A stretch of DNA of 64,000 bases from positions 32,001 through 96,000 of the IMG/VR virus record IMGVR_UViG_3300032331_000527. One strand, 5' to 3'. Position numbers and translations under genes: made by a program. The notes under the pieces are model-generated. The model searched no databases. It was not told the DNA's origin and saw nothing but the letters and a program-made list of their open reading frames with translations. Shown here in pieces: positions 1 to 10,540 of the stretch (positions are counted from its first letter, which is position 1; every line of letters begins with the position of its first letter). The stretch is from a virus.

Positions 1-3000
1 GTTTATATAAAGATAGATAACACCATTTGTTTTAGTGATAGCAAAATGATACCATGTGCTGATAGCAAATGTTCCAGCAGTTTCATCATTAATAGTCCAA
101 GCAGATCCAGTAGCATTTGCTACTTTTAATGTGAATCTGCTCGCTGTTGTTGTTGATGTGCCAAAATTAACACCGCTAATATTAGATCCGGATCTTTTGT
201 AAATCAGTCCTTTGTTTATGGTAGTCGCGCTTGTGTACAGATATCCTTCAATCGTGAAATCATCAGTCGCACCAAAAACAAAATTAGAACTGCTAGGAAC
301 ATAAAGATATTGTGTTGTTCCGTTGAACTGATTACTGTATGTTCCAGCAAATGGAATAATGGTAGTACCTGCTACAACAGTTGCTATGTTTCCTATAGTG
401 TTTAAACCAGTAGCATCGGTAATAGTTGCAGATTGTGATGTCAATAGTTTCGTGTTTCCAACTATTGACAATGCAGTTTGTTCTGGTAAGAATCCGTGTG
501 GATAATTCCAAATAATTCTAAGCGCGCCAGCACCACCAGCGCCGCCAGTAGTTGATCCACCACCTCCACCACCGCCTTGTGCACCACCAGCTCCACCAAC
601 AGTAGCAGATGCGGCACCACCAGTTGCACCACCAGAACCACCAGTTCCAGATTGTCCAATAATAGCACCTGATGAACCAGTAAGATTTACACCACCTACT
701 CCCAAATTAGAAACACCAACAAGTAGCACACCACCGCCACCACCACCGTTTCCAGTAGATGTATTGACTGCGGTTCCTACGCTATCTAAAACACCCGCAC
801 CGCCTCCACTTGATCCGCCACCGCCACCAGAAGCGGAATTTTTTCCTAATTGCAACAAAAGACTTCCAGTACCACCACCAGTAGAACCAAATGCTAGACC
901 ACCTTCGCCACCATTAGCAGTAAAACCTCCTGCACCTCCTCCACCACCTTGTGCGGCTGGAGATGCTGCACCGCCGCCACCATTACCACCAGAGAATCCA
1001 ACGAACCCAGAAAATTTAGGAAGAGAGGCAATACCACTTGATGCTGTTCCACCAGGCCCGGCACTTTGACCACCTCCAGCGTAACAAAGATAGCTATAGC
1101 CGACAAGATTATCTGTAAAATAACTATCACCACCATTAACACCGGCTGCTCCACCTATTCCTACTACGACAGGATAAACTGTTCCTGGAACAACTGCGTA
1201 ATCAGTATTATAGCCTAATGCACCGCCTCCACCGCCTTGAGCACCAGCGCCAGATCCGCCGCCGCCGCCTCCACCAACAGCAGCAATGCTTATGCGATAT
1301 ACGCCATCAGGACATGTCCAGTTAGCAGCACCAGTTGTCATGGTACCTAACCCAGTACCTGTCACTGTTGTAGGATATACACCCTGAGCGAACCAATCAG
1401 AACCAACTGTTATTGTTAGATTGTTTGTTGTAACAGTTAGACCTAAGCTTGCTCCGCTAATCGTTATCGTATCACCAATCTGATAGCCAGATCCAGGAGA
1501 TGTCGGTATTACGGTAAGAACACCATGTGTAGCCATAGTGGTAGTCGCATTGTTTTTTCTAATGCTGAATACTGCACCTGTTCCGGAACCACTTGTTGAT
1601 AGCTGTGTGATACCAGTAAATGACCAAAGTGTTGCAGTAGCAGTGCCTGCCCATGTCAGAGGAGTAACGCCATACACAAGACCACCACTGAAATCTGCTG
1701 CGGTTGTTGTGCCAGCATTAGTGTAATATAATGTGCTAGACTTTGATAACGGTGCGTTGATTGTATAAGTGACAGTATCGCCTTCGTTCATTATTTTTCT
1801 ATCAGGCGTGATCGTGTATGCAAGTGACACTTCGTCAATTGAATTATAAACTTGATATGAAGATGCTGTTTGTCTTCTAGATACTGCTCCAGGAACCATT
1901 GTTTTTCCTCCTGGAGGATTATAAATGTTATCAACTGAAAATGTTGGTGCGGTGCTGTACACAGTAGGAATAACTGCACCACCACCACCGCCTGGATTAT
2001 AATAAGGAGTTAATGTAAACGCATTTGATGATTGGTCAACAAAAGAAAGACTATTGCATGTAAGCAATATTGTTCCGCCATTTATAGCGTTTATGTTAGT
2101 TCCAAGGCTTTGAGTTGCTGACAATCTAGAAGGTGGCGTAAAGTTTCCTGTATATACGCTAGTTGTATTATTAATTCTGTATTGAGAATAATACATATCA
2201 GCCGAGCTTACACCTAAGTAACCACCAGCAATTAGGAATTGTGTGATATTTGTTGTCTGAGCATTTGAAACTATATTATTTGTAACGCCATTCCATCCGC
2301 TTTGAACAACACCGTTGATATAAAGACTTAGTGTTGTGTTACATACGAGAGCAAAATGATTCCATTGGTTAAGAGTATATGCACTGTTTAACGATCCAGT
2401 TGGATTGTTTGTGCCATCATACAACTGCAAAGTTGTCCCATTATTATTAAAATATATCATAAAGGCCCAAGTTGAACCGTTGTACAAATCTAAAAGAACT
2501 TGGCCATTACCACCTGTTGAATATGTTGATGTTTTAAACCAAAATTCAATAGTCCAGTTATTTGACCTGGCGTTAAATACTGATCCGTTACCACCAGATG
2601 TTTGAACGTAAGTTATGATAGTACCTGCACTAGGATTAATTCTAACGCTGTACTCGGCCGTATCGGTATAGGTGTATGCGTTAGGATAAGTTGTTTGTAG
2701 TGTATATTCGTCAAACGAACTTTTTGTATATAAATTTCCGTCACTAGATAAACGACTATCTGGCCATGTTATTCCGCTTGCAGTAGGAAAAACTGTTGAT
2801 GCTGGTGTATTCCATACAATTCTTACTGCTCCGGCACCACCAGCACCACCGCCATTTATTCCGCCTCCACCTCCGCCTCCGTATGCTCCGCCGGCACCAG
2901 CACGTCCATCACCGGAAAGTCCGCCGTATGGAGCAATACCACCTGTTGCGAGACCACCAGTTGCTCCACCAGAACCGCCTGTACCAGGAAGACCTGCTCT

Positions 3001-4596
3001 AACACTACCGCTACCACCAGCACCAACACCAACACCATCAGCACCCTTACCTAAAGCTGTTAAACCAACGCCGCCGCCAGCACCAGCATAACCATAACCA
3101 TAAGGATTATCCAAACCACCTGAACCACCACCACCACCTCCGCTACCAGCGGCTGCATTTCCACCAGCTGTCATTACACCGTAAACACCAGGAGCGCCCG
3201 TACCACCAGTACCACTGTAGCCACCTGCGCCGCCGCCAGCACCAGACATGCCGCCGTTAACTGCGCCGCCTGCTCCACCATTACCGCCGCCGTCTCCTAT
3301 ATATGTTCCTCCCGCACCACCTGCTGATGTAGTGGGGTTCGCACCACCTGCTACAATTATTCCTCCTCTGCCGCCTCCACCTTTAACTGTGGAAGTGTTG
3401 ATAAAATAACTATCTCCACCATGATTTGCTGAACCGGTTAAATTTTCAGCACCACCTGCTCCTGCGACAACAGTATATGTTTGACCAGGAACAACAGTGA
3501 TATTATTTTTCCAACCTAAGCCACCTCCACCTCCACCAGATCCCGCACCAGCAGCACCAGCACCGCCACCACCAACACAAACGACACTAATATTAGTAAC
3601 ACCAGGAGGACACGTCCATGTAAATATTCCAGGTGTTCCAGAATATGTTAATGATGTTGCTGATATCGTAGAAGGATAAGAAGCAATTGCGTCGGCATAA
3701 GAATAAGAACTGTTCGAAGGACCATATTCATCAAATGCGCCTGGTATTTGAAGAACAGCAGCACTAGTAAATCGTTGTGCTAGTATTGTGCCTTCGTTGT
3801 TTAATGTGGCTGTTGTCGTATCAGATAAAGTTAATGTTTCTGTTATGCTATCATCAGAGAAAGGCCCATAAGGAGTAGGAATAACATAAGTTGTTTCGCT
3901 AACAGTTAAAGAATTTACAAACGGATAATGATTAGCACTATCATCGTATATTACGCCTTGTGTTCCTGTTAATAAAACAGTTCCACTGATTGCCGTTAAT
4001 GTTGATGTGGGGACAGTGTATGTAGCGCCAGTGTATAATGCAGTACCAATCACAACACGATGATTTGATATAGAAATATTTCCAACAGTACCGGCTGAGC
4101 CCTCTGTTACATAATCTAAAACACCATTAACCATCCATAAACCAGGATTAGGCATTGAACCCGTGCATGTTCCGGAAGCTTCTCTAGTACCATTAACATG
4201 TAAATAGAATGAAGAACCAGATCTGGTAACGGCTATATGATACCACTTATTAGCAACAAAATTATATGGAGCAGGATAATTTGTTGATGGTGTATTAGAT
4301 TGCCCTGTTGGAAAAGTTCCACCTGACCAAAAAAACGGATAAATGTTTGTTGTTGAACCTGTGCCTGGGTAATGAATTTGAAGACCAAAACAAAGTCTAC
4401 TAGCGGAAACACCGTTCGACCACGAACCAAAAAGATCAATTTGTGTAGCAGTAGCAACAAAAAATGATGATGGTAGTTTTATAAAAGCTTCTACAGTCCA
4501 ATTGCTACTGGCAAAATTTAATGCACCAGTAAATTTTAATTGATTTCCGATTTGGCCCGCTGCACCTTTAAAATTATAAGCATAATCAATAGCCAT
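1..4596 (-). CDS. Large fibre/adhesin protein with several LamG/ConA-like lectin domains alternating with glycine-rich domains (partial, runs off the left edge)
   Basis: ATG at 4596 overlaps the upstream TAA (TAATG). It is absent from the ORF track, consistent with no stop inside the window. Translated in the same frame at both ends: MAIDYAYNFKG..NWTVEAFIK and ..STWYHFAITKTNGVIYLYIN (LamG-type W-x-H-x-A..LY-x-NG motif). Gly-rich blocks end in GGAGA(L/V)RI(I/V)W. Confidence 0.8.
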   Translation of the reverse strand, partial: MAIDYAYNFKGAAGQIGNQLKFTGALNFASSNWTVEAFIKLPSSFFVATATQIDLFGSWSNGVSASRLCFGLQIHYPGTGSTTNIYPFFWSGGTFPTGQSNTPSTNYPAPYNFVANKWYHIAVTRSGSSFYLHVNGTREASGTCTGSMPNPGLWMVNGVLDYVTEGSAGTVGNISISNHRVVIGTALYTGATYTVPTSTLTAISGTVLLTGTQGVIYDDSANHYPFVNSLTVSETTYVIPTPYGPFSDDSITETLTLSDTTTATLNNEGTILAQRFTSAAVLQIPGAFDEYGPSNSSYSYADAIASYPSTISATSLTYSGTPGIFTWTCPPGVTNISVVCVGGGGAGAAGAGSGGGGGGLGWKNNITVVPGQTYTVVAGAGGAENLTGSANHGGDSYFINTSTVKGGGGRGGIIVAGGANPTTSAGGAGGTYIGDGGGNGGAGGAVNGGMSGAGGGAGGYSGTGGTGAPGVYGVMTAGGNAAAGSGGGGGGSGGLDNPYGYGYAGAGGGVGLTALGKGADGVGVGAGGSGSVRAGLPGTGGSGGATGGLATGGIAPYGGLSGDGRAGAGGAYGGGGGGGINGGGAGGAGAVRIVWNTPASTVFPTASGITWPDSRLSSDGNLYTKSSFDEYTLQTTYPNAYTYTDTAEYSVRINPSAGTIITYVQTSGGNGSVFNARSNNWTIEFWFKTSTYSTGGNGQVLLDLYNGSTWAFMIYFNNNGTTLQLYDGTNNPTGSLNSAYTLNQWNHFALVCNTTLSLYINGVVQSGWNGVTNNIVSNAQTTNITQFLIAGGYLGVSSADMYYSQYRINNTTSVYTGNFTPPSRLSATQSLGTNINAINGGTILLTCNSLSFVDQSSNAFTLTPYYNPGGGGGAVIPTVYSTAPTFSVDNIYNPPGGKTMVPGAVSRRQTASSYQVYNSIDEVSLAYTITPDRKIMNEGDTVTYTINAPLSKSSTLYYTNAGTTTAADFSGGLVYGVTPLTWAGTATATLWSFTGITQLSTSGSGTGAVFSIRKNNATTTMATHGVLTVIPTSPGSGYQIGDTITISGASLGLTVTTNNLTITVGSDWFAQGVYPTTVTGTGLGTMTTGAANWTCPDGVYRISIAAVGGGGGGGSGAGAQGGGGGALGYNTDYAVVPGTVYPVVVGIGGAAGVNGGDSYFTDNLVGYSYLCYAGGGQSAGPGGTASSGIASLPKFSGFVGFSGGNGGGGAASPAAQGGGGGAGGFTANGGEGGLAFGSTGGGTGSLLLQLGKNSASGGGGGSSGGGAGVLDSVGTAVNTSTGNGGGGGGVLLVGVSNLGVGGVNLTGSSGAIIGQSGTGGSGGATGGAASATVGGAGGAQGGGGGGGSTTGGAGGAGALRIIWNYPHGFLPEQTALSIVGNTKLLTSQSATITDATGLNTIGNIATVVAGTTIIPFAGTYSNQFNGTTQYLYVPSSSNFVFGATDDFTIEGYLYTSATTINKGLIYKRSGSNISGVNFGTSTTTASRFTLKVANATGSAWTINDETAGTFAISTWYHFAITKTNGVIYLYIN

Positions 4597-6020
4597 TATC
4601 CAAACACCGTATCCAATGAACCAGAAACTGAATTATAATATGTATAAACTGCACTTGTGCCGCTTGTTGTATTTGATGCGTAACCTACACGTCCAGCAGT
4701 ATATATGTTGCCAGTAACACCAACACCGCCAGTCACTTTGAATGCACCAGTTAGATTAGATGTTGATGCTGTCGCGTCTGTGACTGTGGTAGCACCAGAA
4801 ATTGTACCTCCAGTAAACGTGCCACCACCGCCGCCTGCTACAGGAGACCAGTAAATGCCAGTGCCCGATGTACGAAGATAATAACCAGCTGTACCAACAG
4901 AAGCGTTGGCAGTCAGAGTGCCAGTGATTACTGGATTATTTTTAGTTAGATATATCGTTGATGCGTTTGCAACCTGCAATCTATCACTGATAAGAGTTCT
5001 AAGCGCAGTGTTAGTGCCAGTTAAACCAACCCAAGATGCTTTAGCTAATAATAACGTATTGACGTTTGCAACTTGGTATCTGTCAGACACGAGGGTACGG
5101 ATAGCGGTGTTAGTTCCCGTCAATCCTGCCCATGTGGCTTTGGCATTCAGTAGCGTATTGACGTTAGCAACCTGATACCTATCATTAATCAACAAACGAA
5201 GTGCGGTATTGGTTCCAGTAAGATTCGTATTGATTAGATTGATACGCAGGTTTGTGTTTGCTAGATATGCTTTGGTGTTAGCGACTGATATCTTAGTTGA
5301 GATAAGGCTAGCTGTTGACGTAGCAAAGTTAGGATCATTTGCTAAAGCGGCCGCAAGTTCATATAGTGTGTTTAGTGTGCCGGGTGCTGAGTTGACAACA
5401 GCCGCAACAGATGTGTCCACATAATTACGAATGGCTGTATTTGTAGAAGTAAGATTGGTATTGATTAAGTTAATACGAGTTGCTTGCGCCGCAATGTAAG
5501 CATTGGTATTTGCTAGTGCTGCGCGCTCTGTCGTTATTGTTTGATAAGTTGCGGCTGCGTTTGCTACCTGTAATCTATCAGATACCAATGTACGAAGTGC
5601 TGTGTTAGTTCCCGTGAGCGCAGTCCATGTAGCCTTTGCATTCAGTAGCGTATTGACGTTTGCTACTTGAAGTCTATCGCTGATAAGTGTGCGAAGGGCC
5701 GTGTTGGTTCCTGTCAGTGCGGCCCAACTTGCACCACCAGAAACTACAATGGTGTTGATGTATGCGTTGGTATTAGCAAGAGCTGAATTAAATGTGGTTG
5801 TGTTGACTTTAGTTGCGATATACGAATTAGTATTAGCCAATATTGATTTGACGTTAGCGACTTGAATATAATCGTTCGTAAAACTAAAGACAGCCGTGCC
5901 GTTAGAAGAATATATCTTCTTGTCTTTGGTATTGATAGCAAGTTCACCAGTAGCAATATCTACTGTTGTTGGCACTTTCGCGGCAACGCTACTGCGTTTT
6001 ATTTTAATTGTGGAAGCCAC
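4596..6020 (-). CDS. Fibre protein with N-terminal IKIKRS..GELAINTKD anchor domain and ANTN/LTGTNTALR repeats
   Basis: ORF track gives 4596..6026. GTG at 6020 follows a GGAG SD and yields MASTIKIKRSS, matching the neighbouring paralog. Contains the fibre motif VNSAPGTLNTLYELAAAL. Confidence 0.75.
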   Translation of the reverse strand: MASTIKIKRSSVAAKVPTTVDIATGELAINTKDKKIYSSNGTAVFSFTNDYIQVANVKSILANTNSYIATKVNTTTFNSALANTNAYINTIVVSGGASWAALTGTNTALRTLISDRLQVANVNTLLNAKATWTALTGTNTALRTLVSDRLQVANAAATYQTITTERAALANTNAYIAAQATRINLINTNLTSTNTAIRNYVDTSVAAVVNSAPGTLNTLYELAAALANDPNFATSTASLISTKISVANTKAYLANTNLRINLINTNLTGTNTALRLLINDRYQVANVNTLLNAKATWAGLTGTNTAIRTLVSDRYQVANVNTLLLAKASWVGLTGTNTALRTLISDRLQVANASTIYLTKNNPVITGTLTANASVGTAGYYLRTSGTGIYWSPVAGGGGGTFTGGTISGATTVTDATASTSNLTGAFKVTGGVGVTGNIYTAGRVGYASNTTSGTSAVYTYYNSVSGSLDTVFG

Positions 6021-6039
6021 ACCCAACTCCTAGAGAGGA

Positions 6040-6069
6040 AGACCAAGGGAAACACTTGTCCCTTGGTCT
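6040..6069 (-). promoter_or_regulatory. 11-bp perfect stem-loop in the intergenic leader
   Basis: AGACCAAGGGA (6040-6050) and TCCCTTGGTCT (6059-6069) with an 8-nt loop. It lies between a late-promoter-like CTAAATA (6079-6085, minus) and the SD. Confidence 0.6.
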
Positions 6070-6085
6070 GAGTGATTATATTTAG

Positions 6086-7672
6086 TTAGTAAGTTCCGCC
6101 GTCGATGATTGCGTCAAGCTGAGCAAGACCATAACCAGTTCCCGATACGTTAACTGTAGATGTTGGTTCCACCTGAAGACCGGTATATGCCTTGAACACA
6201 CCATCTGTAGCATCTCTGAAGAAACCAGCATACTTAGTTCCGCTTGCTGCATACATGCCGTAGAAGCCGGTGTCAACTGCGTCTGTTGAGTTATTAGCAG
6301 CCAACTTAATCATTGAGTCATCGACGTTTAGTGTCGATGATGAGATATAAGTAACTGCACCTTCAACCGTCAAGTCACCATCAATTATTGCAGAACCAGT
6401 AATACGAGTATTACCAGAAACAGCAAGATTGGTGCTGATTGTCATACGGCCTGTATGAGCTAACAGACCAGATGTTGTTGGATTAGACTTAGTTGCATAT
6501 GTAGAAACAGCATTCGCTACCTCAAGGTAGATATTCTGTCTTGGCATCGCATCCCAGTAAGCGTTCGTACCGTTCGTGCGAAGAAGATAACCAGCTGATC
6601 CAAGCGAGTTGTTAGCCTTAAGACCAGTGACGCTAGTATTGCCAGAAACAACCAAGTTTGTGCTGATAGTAGCACGGCCTGTATGCGCTAGAATGCCAGA
6701 TGTTGTTGGGTTGGTAGCACTAGCCTTTGTCGCAATATACGAGTTGGTGTTAGCCAATACCGTATTGAATGTGGTTGTGTTTACCTTAGTGTCAATATAG
6801 CTGTTGGTATTAGCAAGAGCCGAATTGAAGGTAGTTGAATTGACCTTAGTTGCAATGTAGGTATTGGTATTAGCAAGATCAAGTCTAGCCTGGCTCTTTG
6901 TCTGATACGTCAAAGCCGCATTAGACATCTGAAGTCTGTCAGCAATCAATAAACGAAGCGCAGTGTTTGTGCCTGTTAGGTTAGTATTAACAAGCGTGAT
7001 GCGCTGGCCTTGCGTAGAGATATAAGCATTGGTATTTGCAAGGTCGGTATTGTGTGTGGTTGTGTTAAGCTTAGTCGCAATATAGCTGTTGGTATTCGCA
7101 AGATGCTGACGCTCAATTAACGCATTTGCTGCAATATACAAATTGGTATTTGCAAGGTCAGTGTTATGTGTAGTTGTGTTGAGCTTAGTTGCAATATACG
7201 AATTGGTATTCGCAAGTGCAGAGTTGAAAGTGGTAGAGCTTACTCTAGTCGCAATGTAGCTGTTTGTGTTAGCAAGGGCCAGCTTGAAGGTAGTGTTACT
7301 TACCTTAGTTGCGATGTAGGCATTTGTGTTAGCAAGCTGTGACTTGATATATGAGTTGGTATTTGCAAGTGCGCTATTGAAGGTCGTAGAATTGACCTTA
7401 GTTGCAATATACGAATTGGTATTTGCAAGAGCAGACTGGAATGTTGCGTTAGAAGCTGCATAAGCTTTCGTAGCATATTTAGCATCAGCGTTAGCAACCG
7501 TAATGTATGCGCCGATATTGAACGAAGCCGAACCACCGATTTCGAATACCGACGTGCCATTAGACGTATAGATTTTCTTATCTTTTAGGTTGACCGCTAG
7601 TTCGCCTGCATATAGACTACCTGGCACTGAGCTAGGTGTACTACTGCGTTTGATTTTGATAATTGAAGCCAT
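6086..7672 (-). CDS. Fibre protein paralog with tandem (F/H)N(S/T)(A/D)LANTNSYIATK repeats and C-terminal DGGTY
   Basis: N-terminus MASIIKIKRSS..GELAVNLKDKKIY. About ten ANTN repeats. C-terminal DGDLTVEGAVTYISSSTLNVDD fibre motif. Confidence 0.75.
   Translation of the reverse strand: MASIIKIKRSSTPSSVPGSLYAGELAVNLKDKKIYTSNGTSVFEIGGSASFNIGAYITVANADAKYATKAYAASNATFQSALANTNSYIATKVNSTTFNSALANTNSYIKSQLANTNAYIATKVSNTTFKLALANTNSYIATRVSSTTFNSALANTNSYIATKLNTTTHNTDLANTNLYIAANALIERQHLANTNSYIATKLNTTTHNTDLANTNAYISTQGQRITLVNTNLTGTNTALRLLIADRLQMSNAALTYQTKSQARLDLANTNTYIATKVNSTTFNSALANTNSYIDTKVNTTTFNTVLANTNSYIATKASATNPTTSGILAHTGRATISTNLVVSGNTSVTGLKANNSLGSAGYLLRTNGTNAYWDAMPRQNIYLEVANAVSTYATKSNPTTSGLLAHTGRMTISTNLAVSGNTRITGSAIIDGDLTVEGAVTYISSSTLNVDDSMIKLAANNSTDAVDTGFYGMYAASGTKYAGFFRDATDGVFKAYTGLQVEPTSTVNVSGTGYGLAQLDAIIDGGTY
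6740..7440 (-). repeat. Degenerate intragenic repeats (~20-codon period) encoding LANTN(S/A)YIATK
   Basis: Recurrent plus-strand ttggtatt(a/t/c)gcaag..cttag(t)tgcaat elements. Confidence 0.8.
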
Positions 7673-7675
7673 TTC

Positions 7676-8365
7676 TTAATTCCTTTTTAGCTTTGAACCT
7701 TTTGACAAGCCGGTTCTGACTGGGGTTACAACGACGGGTTCCTCTTTTTCTAATATAGTCGGTTTGCGAACTCTTTCAGATTTAGAATCAGAAGGTCTGA
7801 CACTTTTTCTAACAGGAGCTTTAACATTCTCACGAATTTTATCTACAAGATCATTATTATGTTTAACACTTACCACATCTTCTGAATGTATAATACTTTT
7901 ACGTCTATTCTTTTCAGCTTTAGCTGAATTACCAGCCATCAAATCAAAACCAGAACCGATATTGATAGTTTGTTCCGCTAATATATCGTGGGTCAAACCT
8001 TTTCGTTTCTTGTTCTTTTTCGGATCATTCTCACCCTTAATATCAAAGCCAGTAGTGATCTTAGTAGTTTTTTTAGCCGTACCCGTAGACCCTTGTTTCT
8101 TGCTTATAGTAGGACGTGGGCTCATCATCATTAATTCATCTTTATAATGTCTATTTATATCTTTTAGGTTTTCGATCTCTGCCCGAGTTTGTGTGATCAC
8201 GTCAGCAACTGCATCTGTGTGCTTCACACTGATCTTACCCATTTCTTGTTCAAGATAGGCAACCTTGGTCTCAAGCAAAACTATCGTTGACATAAGATTG
8301 CCAATCTTGTTTTGTTGTTGCTCGATATAGAGATTGATGGTTTCTGATTCTTTATCTGTATCCAT
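7676..8365 (-). CDS. Hypothetical protein with N-terminal coiled coil and Lys/Arg-rich C-terminus
   Basis: 229-aa ORF tightly packed between fibre genes; AGGT SD. Confidence 0.6.
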   Translation of the reverse strand: MDTDKESETINLYIEQQQNKIGNLMSTIVLLETKVAYLEQEMGKISVKHTDAVADVITQTRAEIENLKDINRHYKDELMMMSPRPTISKKQGSTGTAKKTTKITTGFDIKGENDPKKNKKRKGLTHDILAEQTINIGSGFDLMAGNSAKAEKNRRKSIIHSEDVVSVKHNNDLVDKIRENVKAPVRKSVRPSDSKSERVRKPTILEKEEPVVVTPVRTGLSKGSKLKRN

Positions 8366-8374
8366 GGCGTACCT

Positions 8375-9361
8375 TTAAAAAGAACCTCCGTCTAAATCTG
8401 TAAATGCAGGAGTTCCGTTCGAAGTGATTTGCATCACAGCACCGCTCGCTCCTGTTATAAATCCAATCACTGAACTATTGGCTCCAAACATTACACCATT
8501 CTTAGTGAATGAAGATAAACCTGTTCCACCATACTTTGTTCCTAAGACAGTTTGCAAAACCAATTCTGATAGATTCGTTTTTCCTGTAGTGCTTGAAGAA
8601 GTAACAATTGTTTGTGTCAGATTGTTAGCTTGAGTAACTTGGAAAACTCCATTGCCGGAAACACCAAGCGATACTCTACCAATATATATTGTATTTGAAG
8701 CCACATATAGGCTTTTGAATCGTCTTTTCGGTGAACCTAACGAATATGTATTATTCGCAGCTGGAATAATATCTTTAACAGCTATCGTTGTTGTTACGTT
8801 GTTAGATATTTTTGTTGCCAGCGCATTGTTTACGTTTGCAGCAAAATTGGCATTGTTGCCCATTGCCGTCGCAATTTCGCGAAGCGTATTTAATACCTCA
8901 GGAGCTGAGTTAACCAGCTGTGAAATTTGATTAGCCACATACAGACGAAGTGCGGTATTATTGGCTGTAAATGTTAGTGTCTTATCACCACTAGAGGTAT
9001 TGCTAGTGGTAATCTTGATGCCTTGACCACCAATAATTTTAATCGTGTCTTCGCCTACGGCCACGAGAGCCGCTTGTCCTGGCACGTTCCACGTCTTGAA
9101 CGAACTGCCTAGACTGACCTTGACTGTACCACTACCCCAACCAGCAACAGAAAATCCAGTATCTTTATCAAAACGGATTGCTGATATACCAGAGAACGAA
9201 TTGGTGATAGTATTCGCACCATTAATTTCGCTGACTATTATACCTGTTGCAACATTAGCAATTCTCTGATCAACATATAGTTTCGTAGTCGCGTCAGTGT
9301 TAGCTGTCGGCGAATCTAAGTTACGGAATACTGTTGGTGTTGGAAACGAAAGTACAGCCAT
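8375..9361 (-). CDS. Fibre-like virion protein
   Basis: PTANTDATTKLYVD, LVNSAPEVLNTLREIATAM, IIPAANNTYSLGS..RFKSLY and C-terminal LDGGSF are all typical phage fibre motifs. Confidence 0.7.
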   Translation of the reverse strand: MAVLSFPTPTVFRNLDSPTANTDATTKLYVDQRIANVATGIIVSEINGANTITNSFSGISAIRFDKDTGFSVAGWGSGTVKVSLGSSFKTWNVPGQAALVAVGEDTIKIIGGQGIKITTSNTSSGDKTLTFTANNTALRLYVANQISQLVNSAPEVLNTLREIATAMGNNANFAANVNNALATKISNNVTTTIAVKDIIPAANNTYSLGSPKRRFKSLYVASNTIYIGRVSLGVSGNGVFQVTQANNLTQTIVTSSSTTGKTNLSELVLQTVLGTKYGGTGLSSFTKNGVMFGANSSVIGFITGASGAVMQITSNGTPAFTDLDGGSF

Positions 9362-9364
9362 TTC

Positions 9365-10540
9365 TTATGTTACCACATATATTGTTGTTGCAGCAGAGAA
9401 ATTACCAAAACCGTAAACATTGTAAGTAGAACCAGAAATCGTTTGGTTGGTGTAAGTAACAGCTGGCGTAAGCACAACGTCGCTTCCCAAGAAGATATAT
9501 TTAAATGTGCGCGCAGCAGATGTTGGAGTAGCAATCCATGTGTAATCAGCAGGAGTAGCAGTCGTCACCACAGTTTGCCCTGTAGCAAATGCTGAGTTAT
9601 TATGACTATCACTTGTAGTGAATGTTGGATTAGAACTCGATTGCGTAGTTTTCCAAAAGAGCGGATAGTACACGGTCGCAGGTCCGCGTGTGACTGTTCT
9701 ATTAGCAGATGTTGCGGTACCAGCACCATTGAGACCAGTTCCGCTATAGTTTTGAGTTGATAGCGTATAACTCAATGTGCTGTCTATTGCTGCGCTTGAT
9801 CCTGCTGTTGCGCCGACAGAAGTTAATGTTGCAGTTCCACCACCAGTGTATGATGTAGTTCCAGCAACGCTTGAACCTGTAACAGCCAAAGACCAGTTGA
9901 ATGCTTGACTTGTAAGCCAAAACTTAACTGGATTTGTTGCCCAATTTGCTGTGATAGATGACACATTGAAAACAGTAGGTGCGGTGCCAGATAGAGTTGT
10001 GCCAGATCCAGTTCTTACCGAACGATTGGTCGTCAAGCTATATGTTATGGCCGTTGAGCTTCTTATCTGAATTGCGGATGAAAAGTGTGTAGACGATAGT
10101 GTGTATGTTCCGCCTGTTCCAGAAAGACCAAGAGTGTTTCTTAGGAATGTTCCGCTTAGATTCGTAACACCAGCGATGTTGATATAGTCTCCGTCCTGTA
10201 TGTTAAACGTAGAATTTGTCAAGCTAATAGTAAATACGATATTCTGTGTGTTCACTGTACCATTAGCATAGTCGGTATATTGATTCTTGGTAGAACCGCC
10301 AGATGCCCATGTGTTTGTGAAAGAAGATGCTTCTGCGCCTAGCTTTTGAATCGTGAATACACCACCAGGAAACTGATTGTTTGCAGTCAACACAACAGAC
10401 AACGAATCACCGGCAGTGATATTAGTCACTGTGCTGGTTATGAACGTGTTCCCAAGCGTGTTTACTTTACCAATGACCTCATTGATCTTGGTTCTTACAT
10501 CTTTGAATTTTATGGAAGAGTTTGCAGTTGTGATGGCCAT
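9365..10540 (-). CDS. Ser/Thr-rich putative virion structural protein
   Basis: 391-aa ORF coupled by a TAATG overlap. Beta-rich composition; N-terminal FKDVRTKINEV anchor-like helix. Confidence 0.6.
   Translation of the reverse strand: MAITTANSSIKFKDVRTKINEVIGKVNTLGNTFITSTVTNITAGDSLSVVLTANNQFPGGVFTIQKLGAEASSFTNTWASGGSTKNQYTDYANGTVNTQNIVFTISLTNSTFNIQDGDYINIAGVTNLSGTFLRNTLGLSGTGGTYTLSSTHFSSAIQIRSSTAITYSLTTNRSVRTGSGTTLSGTAPTVFNVSSITANWATNPVKFWLTSQAFNWSLAVTGSSVAGTTSYTGGGTATLTSVGATAGSSAAIDSTLSYTLSTQNYSGTGLNGAGTATSANRTVTRGPATVYYPLFWKTTQSSSNPTFTTSDSHNNSAFATGQTVVTTATPADYTWIATPTSAARTFKYIFLGSDVVLTPAVTYTNQTISGSTYNVYGFGNFSAATTIYVVT

Noticed and set aside
462-4460. Many short Pro-rich, His-rich or Val-rich ORFs in the track
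   Set aside because: They are shadow or off-frame readings of the Gly-rich minus-strand gene <1..4596.
4596-7672. Repeats shared by the two fibre paralogs as a possible DGR template/variable pair or invertible cassette
   Set aside because: No reverse transcriptase or recombinase is present in the window, and no adenine-specific mismatch pattern is evident.
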